From Hyphochytrium catenoides (lineage: Eukaryota > Protista > Hyphochytriomycota): DNA of 64,000 nucleotides. The translations under genes and the position numbers were made by a program. Below the pieces are notes generated by a model. It made no database searches. It saw only the letters and a list, made by a program, of their open reading frames with translations, and was not told where the DNA came from. This document shows, piece by piece, positions 11,476 to 24,500 of the stretch (position 1 is the first letter of the stretch; each line of letters starts with the position of its first letter). Where the stretch lies: positions 397,741 through 461,740 of the forward strand of contig FLMG01000941.1 of the NCBI GenBank assembly GCA_900088475.1. The letters run 5' to 3'.

Positions 11476-12852
11476 ATGGCTTCGTCCCCGATATCTGAGC
11501 GGCTTAAGAAGTATCGCATGCATGACCTTAAGCATAGAGAAGAGCAGATCGGTTGGCCGCCTGGAGAGAAAGAAGGCGAGACGCCGGCAGAGCGCCCGCA
11601 GTCCCCGGCGAGAAGACTGCCCAAGCCCTCCTCCGATGCACCTCCCTCCTTCCCCCGACTTACTGAGTCCTGCTTGGGAACGATCTCATCTAACCTTGGC
11701 GTCTATGAGCGACCTCTGCAAGAGACCGTCGGGCCCGAACTGTGGACTCGATTGTCCCCCAAAGTTCCTCTAGATCTTAGCATTGCGCTGGCAATACCTC
11801 GAATAAGTGATGAAGAATACTGGAGGAGAAGAGTGAAGCGCTTCTCCCCTTCCGCTGATTATCCAAATGAAGGAGCAGGAGACACCTGGAAGCAAAAGTG
11901 CATAGAATATAACTTACGGACAGCCGTCGAAGCAATCCAGTCCAAGGCCTCCGAGGAAGATATTGAGGCTGTCCTCTCTCTGGCCAGAGTAGCAAGTCCC
12001 TACGTCACAACTCTAACGGTCAGACAGGCAGGACACAATCTTGACGTCGGTAAGCTGTGCTTGTTGCTCCAGAATCTCGAGATCCTTAGACTTACGTACG
12101 GGCCTGGAAAGCTTGGTATGGGCTTCGATAAATCACTCTTTGGGATCAAAAGCACGGAAGTTGAGTCTCTATCTTCCTTTGTCTCTCAAAGCCACACCTT
12201 GAAAGTGCTGGATCTTAGCTCCAACCTCCTTGACGACCAGATGGTAGAGACACTAGTGTTGGGGTTGGAGACAGCCGGTCAGCTGATGGAGCTTAACCTT
12301 TCCCACAATAGAATAGGAGATGCGGGCGCCACTTCTCTTTCTCGACTCCTTTCTCGCTCCTCTTCGTTGGAAGCCCTCTCCCTCGCAGATAATTTGGTCA
12401 AAGAAGATGGGGCTTGTTCTATAAGTGAAGCTCTGGCCTCCAACCAGAGTCTCCGTCTCTTAGATCTGCGCCTTAATCGGTTGGGAGATAGTGGAGGAGC
12501 CACGCTCCTCCTATCTCTGCGCGTCAACAGGACACTTCGGGTACTGAACCTTAGCTGCAACAGTCTGGGGAGTGAAGCCACTGACGCCATGGTAGAGCTA
12601 ATGAGGTGCAAGGCTGGGGAAGGAGAGAGCGGACAGGAGCCCTCTAATTATGGCGGTCTAGCCATAGAACAACTTGATCTTTCTGGAAATCTCTTTGACG
12701 AAGAGGAGCTGCCTGTTCTCTTGGAGTTCATCACCTTCTGTCCCGAACTGAAGGCCTGCGACTTGAGACAAAACTCCTTTCCGGCAGAGGCCGAGGGTGC
12801 CGCTGCGATTGTTTGCCTACTGGAGGAAAGGTCATCGCCAAACTGGCGGTAG
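11476..12852 (+). CDS. DRC5: dynein regulatory complex subunit 5 / TCTE1-like leucine-rich-repeat protein
   Basis: ISDEEYWRRR...WKQKCIE N-domain and LTYGPGKLGMGFDKSLFG segment (compare TCTE1 YG..CGMNFEWNLF), followed by RI-like LRRs (LDLSSNLL, LNLSHNRIGDAG, LDLRLNRLGDSG). Confidence 0.85.
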   Translation: MASSPISERLKKYRMHDLKHREEQIGWPPGEKEGETPAERPQSPARRLPKPSSDAPPSFPRLTESCLGTISSNLGVYERPLQETVGPELWTRLSPKVPLDLSIALAIPRISDEEYWRRRVKRFSPSADYPNEGAGDTWKQKCIEYNLRTAVEAIQSKASEEDIEAVLSLARVASPYVTTLTVRQAGHNLDVGKLCLLLQNLEILRLTYGPGKLGMGFDKSLFGIKSTEVESLSSFVSQSHTLKVLDLSSNLLDDQMVETLVLGLETAGQLMELNLSHNRIGDAGATSLSRLLSRSSSLEALSLADNLVKEDGACSISEALASNQSLRLLDLRLNRLGDSGGATLLLSLRVNRTLRVLNLSCNSLGSEATDAMVELMRCKAGEGESGQEPSNYGGLAIEQLDLSGNLFDEEELPVLLEFITFCPELKACDLRQNSFPAEAEGAAAIVCLLEERSSPNWR

Positions 12853-13169
12853 AGGGGACAGGCTGAGGGGAATAGACAACGGAGAATGTGCCTATCTCTA
12901 ACAGTATAAGTGGATGGAAGCTGTCACTGATGATGCTTCTCTCCTCGTTGGCAGCAACATATTGTACTGCAGGCGGCGCCGCTGCTGGCTCCTCTATTCT
13001 ATTTGCCTCTTCTTTGTCTCCCTTGTCTCTGGTGGGGTTCTTCTTGGCTAACCGCAAGCTCAGGGAAGCTCCATAAGTTAGACCAAGTAGGATAGGAGAC
13101 CAGGTAATAAAGCACAGGCCGCGCAGAGAAGCTGAGCAGCAAAGATGTTAAGACTTTAAACGGGTCATC

Positions 13170-14110
13170 TCAATGTGAGCTTGAAGCTGCAATAAAGCGC
13201 AGTCCGATGTAGTTGATAGACACTTCTTCCGGGCCCTTCGCCTCTTGTCCAGCGGTACCGCTATGAGGGAATGTGGAGGTCTCACGCTCATCTCTTGGGA
13301 GAGAAGGGGAAGGGGAGCGAGAGACAATGGCCAGGCATCTCTTTTTCTTTACGATTTGGCTGACACGACAGGCTCCCATAAGCTCCAGCATATCCACTTC
13401 GTCCGAGGCTCTCACCACTGAGAGGACCGCCTCAGCGTGGCAAACTAGGGGATCCTCTGAACAAAAGGCACATATAGGGCAAAGGTCAGGAGGCGGGAAG
13501 AAAGTTGCACCCGGAAAGAGGCAGGAATCACTCTTAACGAAACCCCAAGGAATATATGACATTCGTTGAGCCCAGATAATAAATAGGATAAACATAGGGA
13601 ACGAAAAAGGCAAGAAGGCCAAGAGTTTGCAAAATAATCGGCCAGAGAAGAGCAGTCATCACGGATCTCTTTCTTACGTCGATAGACGAGGAAGTCCCCA
13701 CCAAACTTAGTGGCAGGAGTAATAAAAAAGCCTCTCCTTTGAAGGTCTGTCCATACGAGAGCACAGTCCCTCTCGTGCTCATCCATCTCTAGGAGACTGG
13801 GAGAAGGCACTGTGCAGGTCTTGATACGGCACATACTCGCTGTGCCAGCAGCATCCACGTTCTGGGCCTTGGCAAGCTCCTGGGCCTTTGCAGACGCCGT
13901 TACATTGTCAGCCAAAGGCATAGCATGAACCCGTTAATGTCCTGGTGTCCGTACCTCCTCGGTGGTAAGAAGTGCTGGGAGATATTTACGATTCTCCTTA
14001 CTCCTATTGCCAGACGGCACGGCGCCAACCAGATGGGGGACGATCTTAAACTCATTTCTCAGTTTCAAAGCATCCTCAGAGGAGGTAACAAAGGCATATC
14101 CCGGCTCCAT
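13170..14110 (-). CDS. TSEN34: tRNA-splicing endonuclease catalytic subunit Sen34 (3 exons)
   Basis: DALKLRNEFKIVPHLVGAVP...LPALLTTEE; VWTDLQRRGFFITPATKFGGDFLVY; DPLVCHAE...GACRVSQIVKKK, containing the Tyr/His/Lys catalytic triad motifs. Confidence 0.85.
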
Positions 14111-16017
14111 CGTTAGCACGGCTAAGCAACCCAGGCTTGCGTTAGCAGTCCATTGGCACTCACTTGTACATGTAGATGAGCCCTATCTATCAATCTCTAA
14201 AAAAGCTGCAGCTTCTTCATGGCATGTGGCATTTGCGAGGACTCAGGATGGAGCTTCAAAGCTTCAGAAAGAAAAATCTTCAGATGCATCTTTCACATCG
14301 TGCAGCTCAACCTATTGTATTCGCTATATAGTAATGGTGAACAGTAAGCCACAATCGCGCCTATAATATTATCATATTATCATCGAATGAGAAAAATACT
14401 GTAACAAGATGTGACAGCTCTATCTAATGCCTAGAAACTGTAGATAAGAGGGTTAGCTGTAAGTCTCCTTCCAAGGATTGACGCATTCGGGTTGTTATAA
14501 ATGTATAATGTTTCTGTAGCTGTACTTGGTCAAGGACTCACAGCTCACAGCCATTCTGAAGACTTGGTAGTCGCTCTTGTGCTGTAGCACTAAGTGGTTC
14601 CAAGTAACTTACAAAGGAAGCCTTTCAAGTACCTGTACAAGTAACTGTACCACTTCGGCTAAGTAACTACTTGCTCTCAAGACACTCATACTTATAAGAG
14701 TTACAAGAACTGCACAATGCTTTTCAAAAAGGTCTGTCAAAGTGATGCTGGCTTGACTACTGTGTAACGCTTCATCCTTGGACAGTTGTACAAGTACATC
14801 GTGATCAATCTTGAGGCTAAAGTAGTTCGTACTCGTAGCAGAAAAAGCAATTTCCTGGGGCTTAGTTTCTAGAGGTTTCTCCAACTAGTAGAGTAGGTTC
14901 TAAGTAAATAAAAGTACGAGTAGAAACAATTTCTTCCCATCGTGGCAGTCGCAACCTTTGGCTGTGCCTGCTCCTACACATCCTCTTATAAAATTGCTGC
15001 TGCAGAGTCGCAGCCTTTGGTTGGACACTACTTTTGACTCGAATGGCGATTCTCTCAGTCTCTTCCCTGTTGTGACTCTTCACAATCATTCTTATGAGTT
15101 CCCCACCTCTCAGTTCTTAACCACCCCGTATCTCTTGAACCTTCTGTCTCTTCTGATTGTTAGAGGTTCTGATCATCCGTATCTTTTTTCGATGCGCTCT
15201 GTCTGGCGTGTTCCAGCCTCACCACAACCTTCAACCTTGACCTTCAACCCAGGATGGGTGGGAGGGCTAGGTGATAATTACAGTTAGCAGTGTTTACCAG
15301 GATGGGTGGAGGGGGCGAGCCACACAAAACTGTACCTTTACAAGAAGCTTTCAATAGAATTCAAAGAGCCCTAATCACAGGTTGAACTAGTAGTATTTCT
15401 ATATTTTTCATGAAGGAAATAAAAAGGAGTTTTTGGCCTCAGGAAAGGGGGAGACAAGGCGATCCGTCACTTTCGGTTGTGACGAGGTGGTGAGCCATAC
15501 TGTTCCCCTGTGTTATCTTTCTTCGTAGCAACAGTTGGTCGGTCGTCGGTCCGTGCCAGTGTTGAATTACGGTCTTTCTCAGTTCCTCACCCTGCTGATG
15601 CCGCACCCAAACAAACGTCAAGTCTTGGGGCCGAGGGCCCTCCCCCAGCTTAGCAGTAGCTTTATGACAGTAGAGTCCTCGGCCTTCCGGGGTGAGGGTC
15701 TCGCTGGCTGTCTGACCAAAGGTAACACGTGATGCACGGCTTGGGAGGTGCACGAGAGGTAGAGAGGTGATGTGATGTGAAGCGACATTTGCGGTGGCAA
15801 AAGACCGTTCTTCCCTCCACCTTTGGCCCTCATGCTAAGATGATACTGATTTCTCTGTCCTCTCTGTTCCCTTTATAGCCTCACAATTTCTCCATTCAGT
15901 CAGTCCCACACAACCTTGCCCTTCTTTGCTTCCTGTCTCGCGAAAGGGCAGAAGCACGCGGAACCGAGTGGGAAAAAAAGTCAACTTTCCGAACCCCTTC
16001 TTTTCCCCTCTCACTTT

Positions 16018-16057
<40 letters not shown>

Positions 16058-16850
16058 GTCTGCTTCCCTTTCACAAGAAGGTCTATCTCTGTGATTGTGT
16101 GGACAATGGACAACCACTGGGGGCTTTCCCCACACCAGCTCAGCGACGTCTTCCCAAATAAAAATGAAAGCCTTTAGTTGGTGAGTAGCGTCTCTGTCTG
16201 ATGGTGCTGGAGTCTGGCCCTCGTCAAAGGGTATAACTCTTCGTGCCTCACGAACCGCTGCGCCGACGGGAAAAAAGTGTATTACTACAGTCATTAACAG
16301 GCTCCAAATACCTCGGAATTGCTGGCGTATTACTATCCGAGAAATGAAGCGACATAATTACGAGGAGAACACTTGTTCACTATTATTATGGCTACGAAAG
16401 CTTTTAGCATAGAACATCCCTGCCTAGTAATCTGACATATCGTATTATTACGCCGCGGGCGCGGACTTTGCCGATAAGAATTGACCAGAATTCTGAGTGC
16501 CCCATCCGTCCCCGTATAAACCTACCGCATTGCGGGCAAGGGTGGGTGGGGTCTCAATCCTTGCGCTCAAGAATCGTCACTGCTTTCAGATTTTTATCCC
16601 CATAGAAAGTGCGTTCACTTCTGATCAGTGCCGCCAGAATCAGAGATTTGGAGTCTCGGTCATTGCGTCTTCACGACGGTTCGCATCCACCAAGCTATTG
16701 GGATTCACTTTGGGTCTATCTCTACAACGCTATTCCAAGGCCACCCGCCACTCGTAGCTTGTTCGGGGCCATCTATACAAATCAAGGCTAGCAAGCTTCC
16801 GGAGGTCAAGAAGCGGTCCATTTCTCAGTGTCTCACATCGGCTCCTCAAG

Positions 16851-17939
16851 ATGCCCGTGCTCCTCCCCCTTCAAACTAAAATTGAGGCCAGTCCAATGAC
16901 CCTCTCTGGCGTAAACCGCCGTCTTTATGGCGAAGAGGATCATACCTTCACAATTTCAAGAAGCGCTGCCGTCCATCGTAGCAGCGGCGTTGATGCTGTA
17001 GCTGCTGCGGCAGCAGTAGTGTCCACCGCCACCGTTGAGAATGGAACTTTAGATGTCTTAGAGGCCAGCTCATTGCTGCTCTCAATGTCCAAGCAAGCAC
17101 GAGTTGGACCTAAGAAGGAGAAGAAACAGTCAGTATCTCATCCAAAGCCTAGCCCAGTATCTGCTAAGAAAGGCAAGAAGAAGGCTCCACCCCGGCCTCC
17201 AGTTGACGATGAGCTGACTGACGATGAGGACATGGGTTTGGAAGAGCTCCAGCGAGCTTCACGCTTCCCTAATCTTGAGGTAGACACCAGCGAGTACGAA
17301 GATGACAAGGTGCGCCAGCGTACAACTATTTCTCCGCGCTTCGAAAAGACGACAGCTCGCCGGCCGCTGCAGAAACCCATCACTCTTGAAGAACTGAAGT
17401 TGCACTTTAACAAGCCAATAGTAGATGTTGCAAAAGAGTTCGGCGTGTGCATCACGCTTATGAAGAAAATTTGCAGAAAGAATGGTATCAAGCGGTGGCC
17501 TCATCGGCTGATCCGCAGTCTAGACAAGAGGATTCAGAACGCGGAGATCAGTCTGCAGACTGCCACGGGCTCAGAGCATCAACGCTGTCAGGAGCAATTG
17601 ATAATGTTGAAGAGGAAGCTCGAGGCGGTCTTTGAGAACCCGAACATCAAGATGAAGGAGACTGAATTAGACGCGCTAGAGTACCATCCCCTACCTTCTC
17701 CCAAAGGAGCACCTGCTAGGTTGCCTTCGACGCCAAGTGCCTCTACACCTAGTCCGTCTCCTACTCCAGCCGCCATGCCACCAGCGCCTCAACTCTCGCA
17801 AAGTGCATTGGCTGTCTCTCCAGGGACCACTGCGGCGGCGAACGTCCCGCTAGGAGCTGCTCAAGGTGGCCATTCAGTGTCTATATCATCCATTCTGTCT
17901 CCTGCTCCTATTTCCCCAGTGGTGAAGATAGACAACTAG
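16851..17939 (+). CDS. RWP-RK domain transcription factor
   Basis: ITLEELKLHFNKPIVDVAKEFGVCITLMKKICRKNGIKRWPHRLIRSL followed by a short coiled coil. Confidence 0.92.
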   Translation: MPVLLPLQTKIEASPMTLSGVNRRLYGEEDHTFTISRSAAVHRSSGVDAVAAAAAVVSTATVENGTLDVLEASSLLLSMSKQARVGPKKEKKQSVSHPKPSPVSAKKGKKKAPPRPPVDDELTDDEDMGLEELQRASRFPNLEVDTSEYEDDKVRQRTTISPRFEKTTARRPLQKPITLEELKLHFNKPIVDVAKEFGVCITLMKKICRKNGIKRWPHRLIRSLDKRIQNAEISLQTATGSEHQRCQEQLIMLKRKLEAVFENPNIKMKETELDALEYHPLPSPKGAPARLPSTPSASTPSPSPTPAAMPPAPQLSQSALAVSPGTTAAANVPLGAAQGGHSVSISSILSPAPISPVVKIDN

Positions 17940-18549
17940 ACCATGTTAGGCTTAGGAGGACTTACAGCTTGCGGAGGGTTCTTAGTTGACCTCCATAAGC
18001 GTAAGTTCGCAAGAATAAAGTATTTAGTTGGCGGCGGCGCGCGGGGGCGCGCGCGAGAGAGAGAGAGAAGAGAGACGAAGTACCTCTCGAAAGAATAGGC
18101 TATCACTATATATATCGGGAGCTTTCTCTTCCCATCATCAGGCCTTCTTTATTCCATACAAATATACAGATGACAACCCCTTTCACATATATTCCCTGAA
18201 AGCAAGCTCTCGCTTGGCTCTCTGGAGGTCGCTATTGTTCTGCTTTTGGACGTGGTTCCTGCACTCCATCATCCCTCACGATTTGGCTGCTCTGCTGACT
18301 CCAGCGTCCGCCTTAGATATGCCCCTTCTTTCTCGCTTGATCTCAGACTGACTCTCACCCTTATAATACTCTAGCATTGTTCCTTCATCAAGTCTGGCTT
18401 TCGTTTGGAGCGCAGCGATGGCATGCCCAAACAAAGTTAGCCAAACCGATGTCAGAAGGGGACCAGCTTTCTCTCCTTTGTCACTTCTTTTCTCGTCTGT
18501 TTCTCCTCCCTCCGATCCTTAGCTTTATCTCCTAGCCGTTGCTTATGCC

Positions 18550-21500
18550 TCACGCCACGGGACCGACGGTTGAGGAGAGGGTCATCTCGCAAGAGTTGAC
18601 CTTCTTGGCAAATCTCAGCGAGCAGAGAGACTCTGTGTAGATCGGCAGGATTGAAGTCAATAGACGTTAAGGGCAGCCCAAGGCAGAGAGGCACCCTAAC
18701 CCCCAGTTCACTGCCATGTATAACTTCCTTGTTCCTGCGACTGTCGACATACGTCACTTCCTTCTCCAAAGCCCACGTCTTCGGATTCCCAATGCTCCCT
18801 AGTCGCCGGAGGCGCGCCCTCCTTCTTGCGGCTTGCCGAGCTGCCTTCTCTCTGTGTGTCTCTCTCTTTCTCTCTCTGTCTTTCCAAGGATCTGCCTCTC
18901 CCTCTCTTTTCCTTCTTTTTCTCTTTCCCTTACTCTGGCTCTCATTTCGGCCGCCGCTTCATCGCGCGCTCTACTCTGTTTCGCTTACCATGACGATTGT
19001 CAATCACAGGCGACAGGTTGCATATCATCAACGTCTTGCAATCACCTCCAAGTGCCGGTTGCAGCAGGTAGGTCAGCTTGGAGTCACGGAACGGCACATG
19101 CTTTTCCTGAACGGAACGACAATATTCGACGGGGTGAGCCATGTTGACGAAGAACAAAGAGACAGAGAATATTGAGAAATGCCGAGAAGATCAAGGAATG
19201 GACTGGAGAGAGTCCAGGAAGAGTGAAAGTTTGCTTTGGCAAGGGTCATATAAATCTCTCCAAGATCCACCTTATTGGCGATAGCCTGTATCACTGTTCC
19301 TAGCGTGGACAGGCTCTTGTTGATGCTCTGCGCCTCCTTGAGCATTACGGCGTCCGATGAGCTGCCTGAGACAGACAGGCGCTCCGAACCCTGCACGTTA
19401 TGATGGAGGTAAGCAGGAGGACCAAGGCGAGTACAGAGAAAGCTTGGTCAAAGACGCTTTCACAACGCAGGGCAGTGGAAGAAAGAGGAGTGACAGCTTC
19501 GTACCGCCAGATCCACCAGGTGAACGAGTCCACTTCTTTGTACTGATGTGTGGCTGTTGGTCATCTCAATCCTACAGGCCATCATGTGAAGAGTTCAAGG
19601 GTAAGACGCGATCGGGAGCGAAGCCGGATATGCTAGATTTTTGAAAAGGTTAACGCTAGATGACGATGAGCCATGAGCCAGATACTAGCTCGACACTGAA
19701 AATGAGGCAGCACGGAAGTCCGTGCCGCTGAAGCCCTTCTATTCGTTGACCCGCTAGAGGAACAGCGATACGAGACAAGAAGAGAGATCGTTTTTACCTC
19801 AGGGTGAAGACAAGGTGACTTCTGGAGGATTTATCGTTGACCTTTGTCTTCTTGGTTGCTCTTCTAAGGTTGGCTATGGACAGAAGAGCGAACACATCCT
19901 GCTCTGTGCTGACTGGTCTTCTCTCGACGCCAACGACTGTAGGATCTCCTTTGTAGTCCAACTTGATCTCAGGTCTGGGCTTAGGACTCTGGATAAAGAT
20001 TGACAGGGCATGCGAATGGCGGGAGGAAAACAGCAGTCAATATTGGAGAAAGGACTAGATTGGATAACTCCCAGGCACGTGGGACTTAGCAAAGTCAAGG
20101 ACTCAGCCAAATTTTGCTAATGTTCCGGTCAACCGGATAGAGACTGAAGGGGAGAGCAAGTCTAGAGGCTGACCTCCGCGAGAAGATCGTTAATCTGTTC
20201 GTTGTAGATTTCCAAGATCTCCACGGTGACCACAGTGCTCCAGCCGTTCTCCGCTTCTGCAGCCATGGAGGCAAATATGTGCTGCACGGAGCGACCTAAC
20301 AGATGGGCAGTGGCAAAAAGAAAGAGGTGCAAGAAGACGGAACAAACGGCAGGTTAATAAACTTGAAGGTGGACGAGGAGGAGTATCGCTGCTACATAAA
20401 GCGCAAGCGCATAGGCAGTAAGCGAAAGTGACGCTGTAATCTGCTGGGCAGCATGAGGACTGAAGAGGGAGGAAGAGAGATAGCTTTCTAGGACGAAAGG
20501 AAAAGGAGAGAAGGATAGAAAGAGTCTAAAAGTAATTGGATCTGGAGAGGTTTAACCCGGAGAGAGCTGTTATAGCAAGCGTTAGTTCCTACCAATGACT
20601 CCCAGTGAGGGATTGTTCAGTGTCCCAGCAGCGATATCTCCTTGCATTGTGTACGTCTTTCCCGAACCTGAAGCCCACCAGAAGCAAGAGTACTAAGCAA
20701 TGGGTGCCAAAGAGCAAGAGAGGCTGCTAAAGCAGGAGGATAACTTCATGGAATGTCCCACAATTGCTGTGCGCCATAGAAGCCATAGAGATCGAGGAGG
20801 GAGTAATGCAGGGAAAGACGGAGACAAGCACAGGGTCCAGACGGGCGGAGAAGAAAAAGGCGGCGCTTCGTAGTGTCATAACACGAGAGAAGGAACAGAG
20901 AAAGAGACGGATGACGCAGTTGAAAGGTCTTCTTCCTTCGTTTTTCGACCCAGCGTGGGCTCACCTGTCTGTCCATAGGCGAAGATGCAAACTCGATAGC
21001 CATCAATAGCCGATTGAACCAGGGCCGATACCTCAGTGAAGAGCTCCTCCTGGCTGGCAGACGGACCAAACACCCGATCGAAGGCGAAAGCCCATTTTCT
21101 GCTTCTTTCTAGGCGTCTACTGACATGCTCAGTGGGGATGTCGAAGAGCTCAATCTCTCGTGCCTCATAGTGCTTGTCAGGAAACGAGAATAGCTAATGA
21201 AGGGAGAGAAGAGAGAGGTAAGTGAACAGTGTCGGACAGGGGTGTCCCCAAGGACAAAGAGAGGCAGAGAGTAGCGATAGGCGATAGACTATACCGCATA
21301 TTCCTTGGTGTTGGCGTCGTAGGAGAGTTTCTCGCCGTTCGATTCATGGGGCAACGTGGGTCGGAGCCGAACGAAGACTCTGATGTTACCTTTCAGCTCC
21401 ATCACCTGGCAGAGAATGTCAGAATCATAAGGACACCATTGGGTCAAGGAAGAAGTCCATAAAAAAGATACAAAGTGAAGGCCAAGAAAGACGGATCCGG

Positions 21501-24500
21501 GAAGGCTTCAAGCGCAGCAACTTCTTCAACGTTTGCTTGAGGGGAGGTATCGAGAGAGGCCAATAGCGAAAGATCGCAGAAAAGAAAGAGAGCGAGTGGC
21601 AGGCTCTTAACCTTATTATGGAGTTTCCTTCTGACTGTCTCAAGCCTGAGTATCTTCGCCTGTAGATCAGCGATGACTAGCTCTTTGTCCAATAAAGCTG
21701 TGGCTGCATTGGCCTTCTCTTCCTGCAATTGGGCCTAAGAAAAGACTTGTCAGGGACAAAACTTTCGTGCAGAAAGGAGGAGGCGATGTCCGAGGAGGGA
21801 GGCTGCACATAAAGGGCATGAGAAAGGGATCCAATAGAAGAATGTCCCCCATCTCCATGACTGAGTAAGAAAGTACATATGTCCCTAGCTGCGCACGACA
21901 GCACAGCCCTCACGAGCCTCTCATCCTTCTCCGCCCACCAATTTTTCTCCTCGACTCTAATCTGCCCTCTGCGGCCCTATCCAGCATATCCATCTCATCT
22001 CCGTAACGCTCTTCTGTGTGTGTCTCTCTCTCTTACTCTGTCCCACTTACTCGCTCCCTGTACATTTCTCTATTCTAGTCTCACCTTGACCAGCGCCAGC
22101 TCCGCCACTCTGGCCTCTAAACCTGCACTTCTCTGTCCCATTTCTTCCTGAAGCTGCTGCACCATGAGCTGATGTCTCTCTCTGGCAGCTTGCAGCTCTT
22201 TCTCTAATCGCTCCACCTACGAAAGAGGGAGAGAGGGGACACAAGACAGAGGAAGGTGAGCAACAGCGACGCATGGATAAGAAGGCGGCGGGGCTATTCG
22301 AACGAAAGGAAGAGGTACAGGAGTAAAGCGCAGGTACTGCGAAAGAGAGGTAGTGAAGAGGAAAGTGAGAGAACCCGTTACCTTGACATTACTCTCTTTG
22401 GATCTCTCCAGGGCAGCGCTGACTTCTTCTCTATTTGAACTGAGGGATAGCTCTAGACGGCGGCTAAGGGTCAGCAGCTGCTGCTCTCTCGCTCTCGTCT
22501 CCGACAGCTCGGAGTTTAGCTCTGATACAGCCTTCAGGTGGCTGTCCTTTTCTCTCTGTTGCCGAAGAGTAAGGGAACAACGGAGCGAGGTGGGGCAGAG
22601 GTAGAAGTGTAGCAAAGCAAGGGTGAGAGACAGCACGTAAGGTCTAAGCTGAGGAACGGAACCCTTCCAATCGGCTGAGATAGGAGGGGAGACAGAGCCA
22701 GAGAGGCAAGAGACAAATTGGTGCTTTGATGTTTCCGACAGATAGATCAGAAAAAGGTGATTCCTGAAGGACGAGGAGGGAGGAAGGACCAGTTCTCTGG
22801 CTTACCATGAGGTCCTGTATGAGTCCTGCTTGTTTGATCAGCTCGGCATTCAGTTCTTTATGCTCCTTTCTCCGGCTGTCATCCTCCATCCTCCTTCTCG
22901 CCTCCTCAGCTTCCTTCTCTTGTTTTCTCCGGTCTTCCTCCCTCTCTTTCCTCTCCAGAGTTTCTCTCAGCTGAAGAACATCTCTGGCTGCCTCATTTCC
23001 TGCCCTAGCCTGTGCTTCAGTGAGGGTCAGTTTCTCCGTGAGAACACCAACTTCTCTTTCTGAAGCGCAGAGTCGAGAGGTCAAGTCCTTGATCATGGCG
23101 TGGCCCTCTTGCAATTCGGCTTCCTTCCTCTTTAGAACACTCTCTTTCTCTCTTTCGGCGCGTTCTCTCTCCCTCTCCGCGACCTGGGAAGTCCGGACAG
23201 CTTCCTTCAGAGAGTCTCTCTCTTGAGTGAGGGCTTCGATCTGTTGTCGCAGCTGTACAACGACGTCCTGCTGTAGCTCTCTTTTCTTTTGAACCATCTG
23301 CTCACTAATTTCTCTTTCGTTTTCTCTCCTGCTTTTCTCTTCATAAAGCTCCTGGAGTACGGCAGCGGTCTTGGCAGAGGACTCCTGCATGGCTCTGTCT
23401 AGGTTTAGGATATGGGCTTCTCGCTCTTTCACTTGAAGAGAGAGATACCGAACCTTTTCTTCCGCAAGCGTGACCATTCTGGCAGCGTCCTTTTGGCGCT
23501 TGTCTGCCTCCAAGAGTTCCTTCTCTATGGCAAACTGAGCACGGAGCACATCCTCTTCTGCCCTCATTTTCAAGCTTTCAATCATCTCTCTTTCCTCTTC
23601 TCTTTCCTTCAGCCTGAGGCCGTCTCTCTCTTCTCTTTCTCTCTGGAGCTCAAGCACCGTGTGGAGAAGGTCATCAACCTTGTCGTTACTCTCTTTCAAT
23701 TGCAGATTGAGGAGTGACACCTCCTCTCTGCTCTCACTTAAACACGTGGCCAGGCTCTCTGCATTCTCTTCTGCTTCTATGAGCTGACCCAGGGCTTTTG
23801 CTAATTCCTGACCAAATGAGAGAGTCAGTAAATAGCTGACAAAAGAACCAGGGCCGAGAATGGTATTACGGACAAGGGAAGATGACAGCAACAGCAAGAA
23901 ACGGAAAGAGAGAGGAAAGAAAGGAAAGAAAGAGATAGACACAGAGTGGGAGAGAGAGAGGGGGGTATGGAAGAGAAATAAGACACGAAAAGAGAAGCGT
24001 GAGAAGAAGAGAAGGAGAGTATGTCTCACTTCCTTCGTCTTCTGAAGAGGATCGTCGTGGCTCTCCGTCGCATGAGTCTCTCCAAGCTGCTGTGGACCTC
24101 CAGCTACAAGAGGAGGGGAAGACGGAAGAGACGCAGAGGAGAGAGGAGTGGGGAGGAGAGGAGGAGAGTGGGGGCTAGAAGAGGAGATGGAAGGGGTTGA
24201 CGGCAAGTCTAAGACAATCGGTTGACTAGTTCCGTTGGACCATTTGCTTCGGACGCGCTGAGGTCCAGCGCCGAGGCCGTCTCTGTCTTCAAGTGCCACC
24301 TGGCGCGACTCTTGGTGCCTTCTCTCCTCCTCCTCCTCTTCCCGCTGGTTTTCTCCCGGATGTTCCTCTTCCTAGAAATGACGAGAGACTCATTGCCTAC
24401 CACGCTCATCTGTTAGGGAAGAATGGAACAGCACTTACCGGTCCAGGCTCCTTTGAGTCCCTTCTCTCCCCATTCCCTCTCTCCTTGCCATTACGACGAG

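Noticed and set aside
24410-24438. Apparent 29-nt mini-intron in the kinesin gene
   Set aside because: It leads into a closed frame; the downstream acceptor (ttctag, ~24373) gives the open coiled-coil frame with a normal-sized intron.
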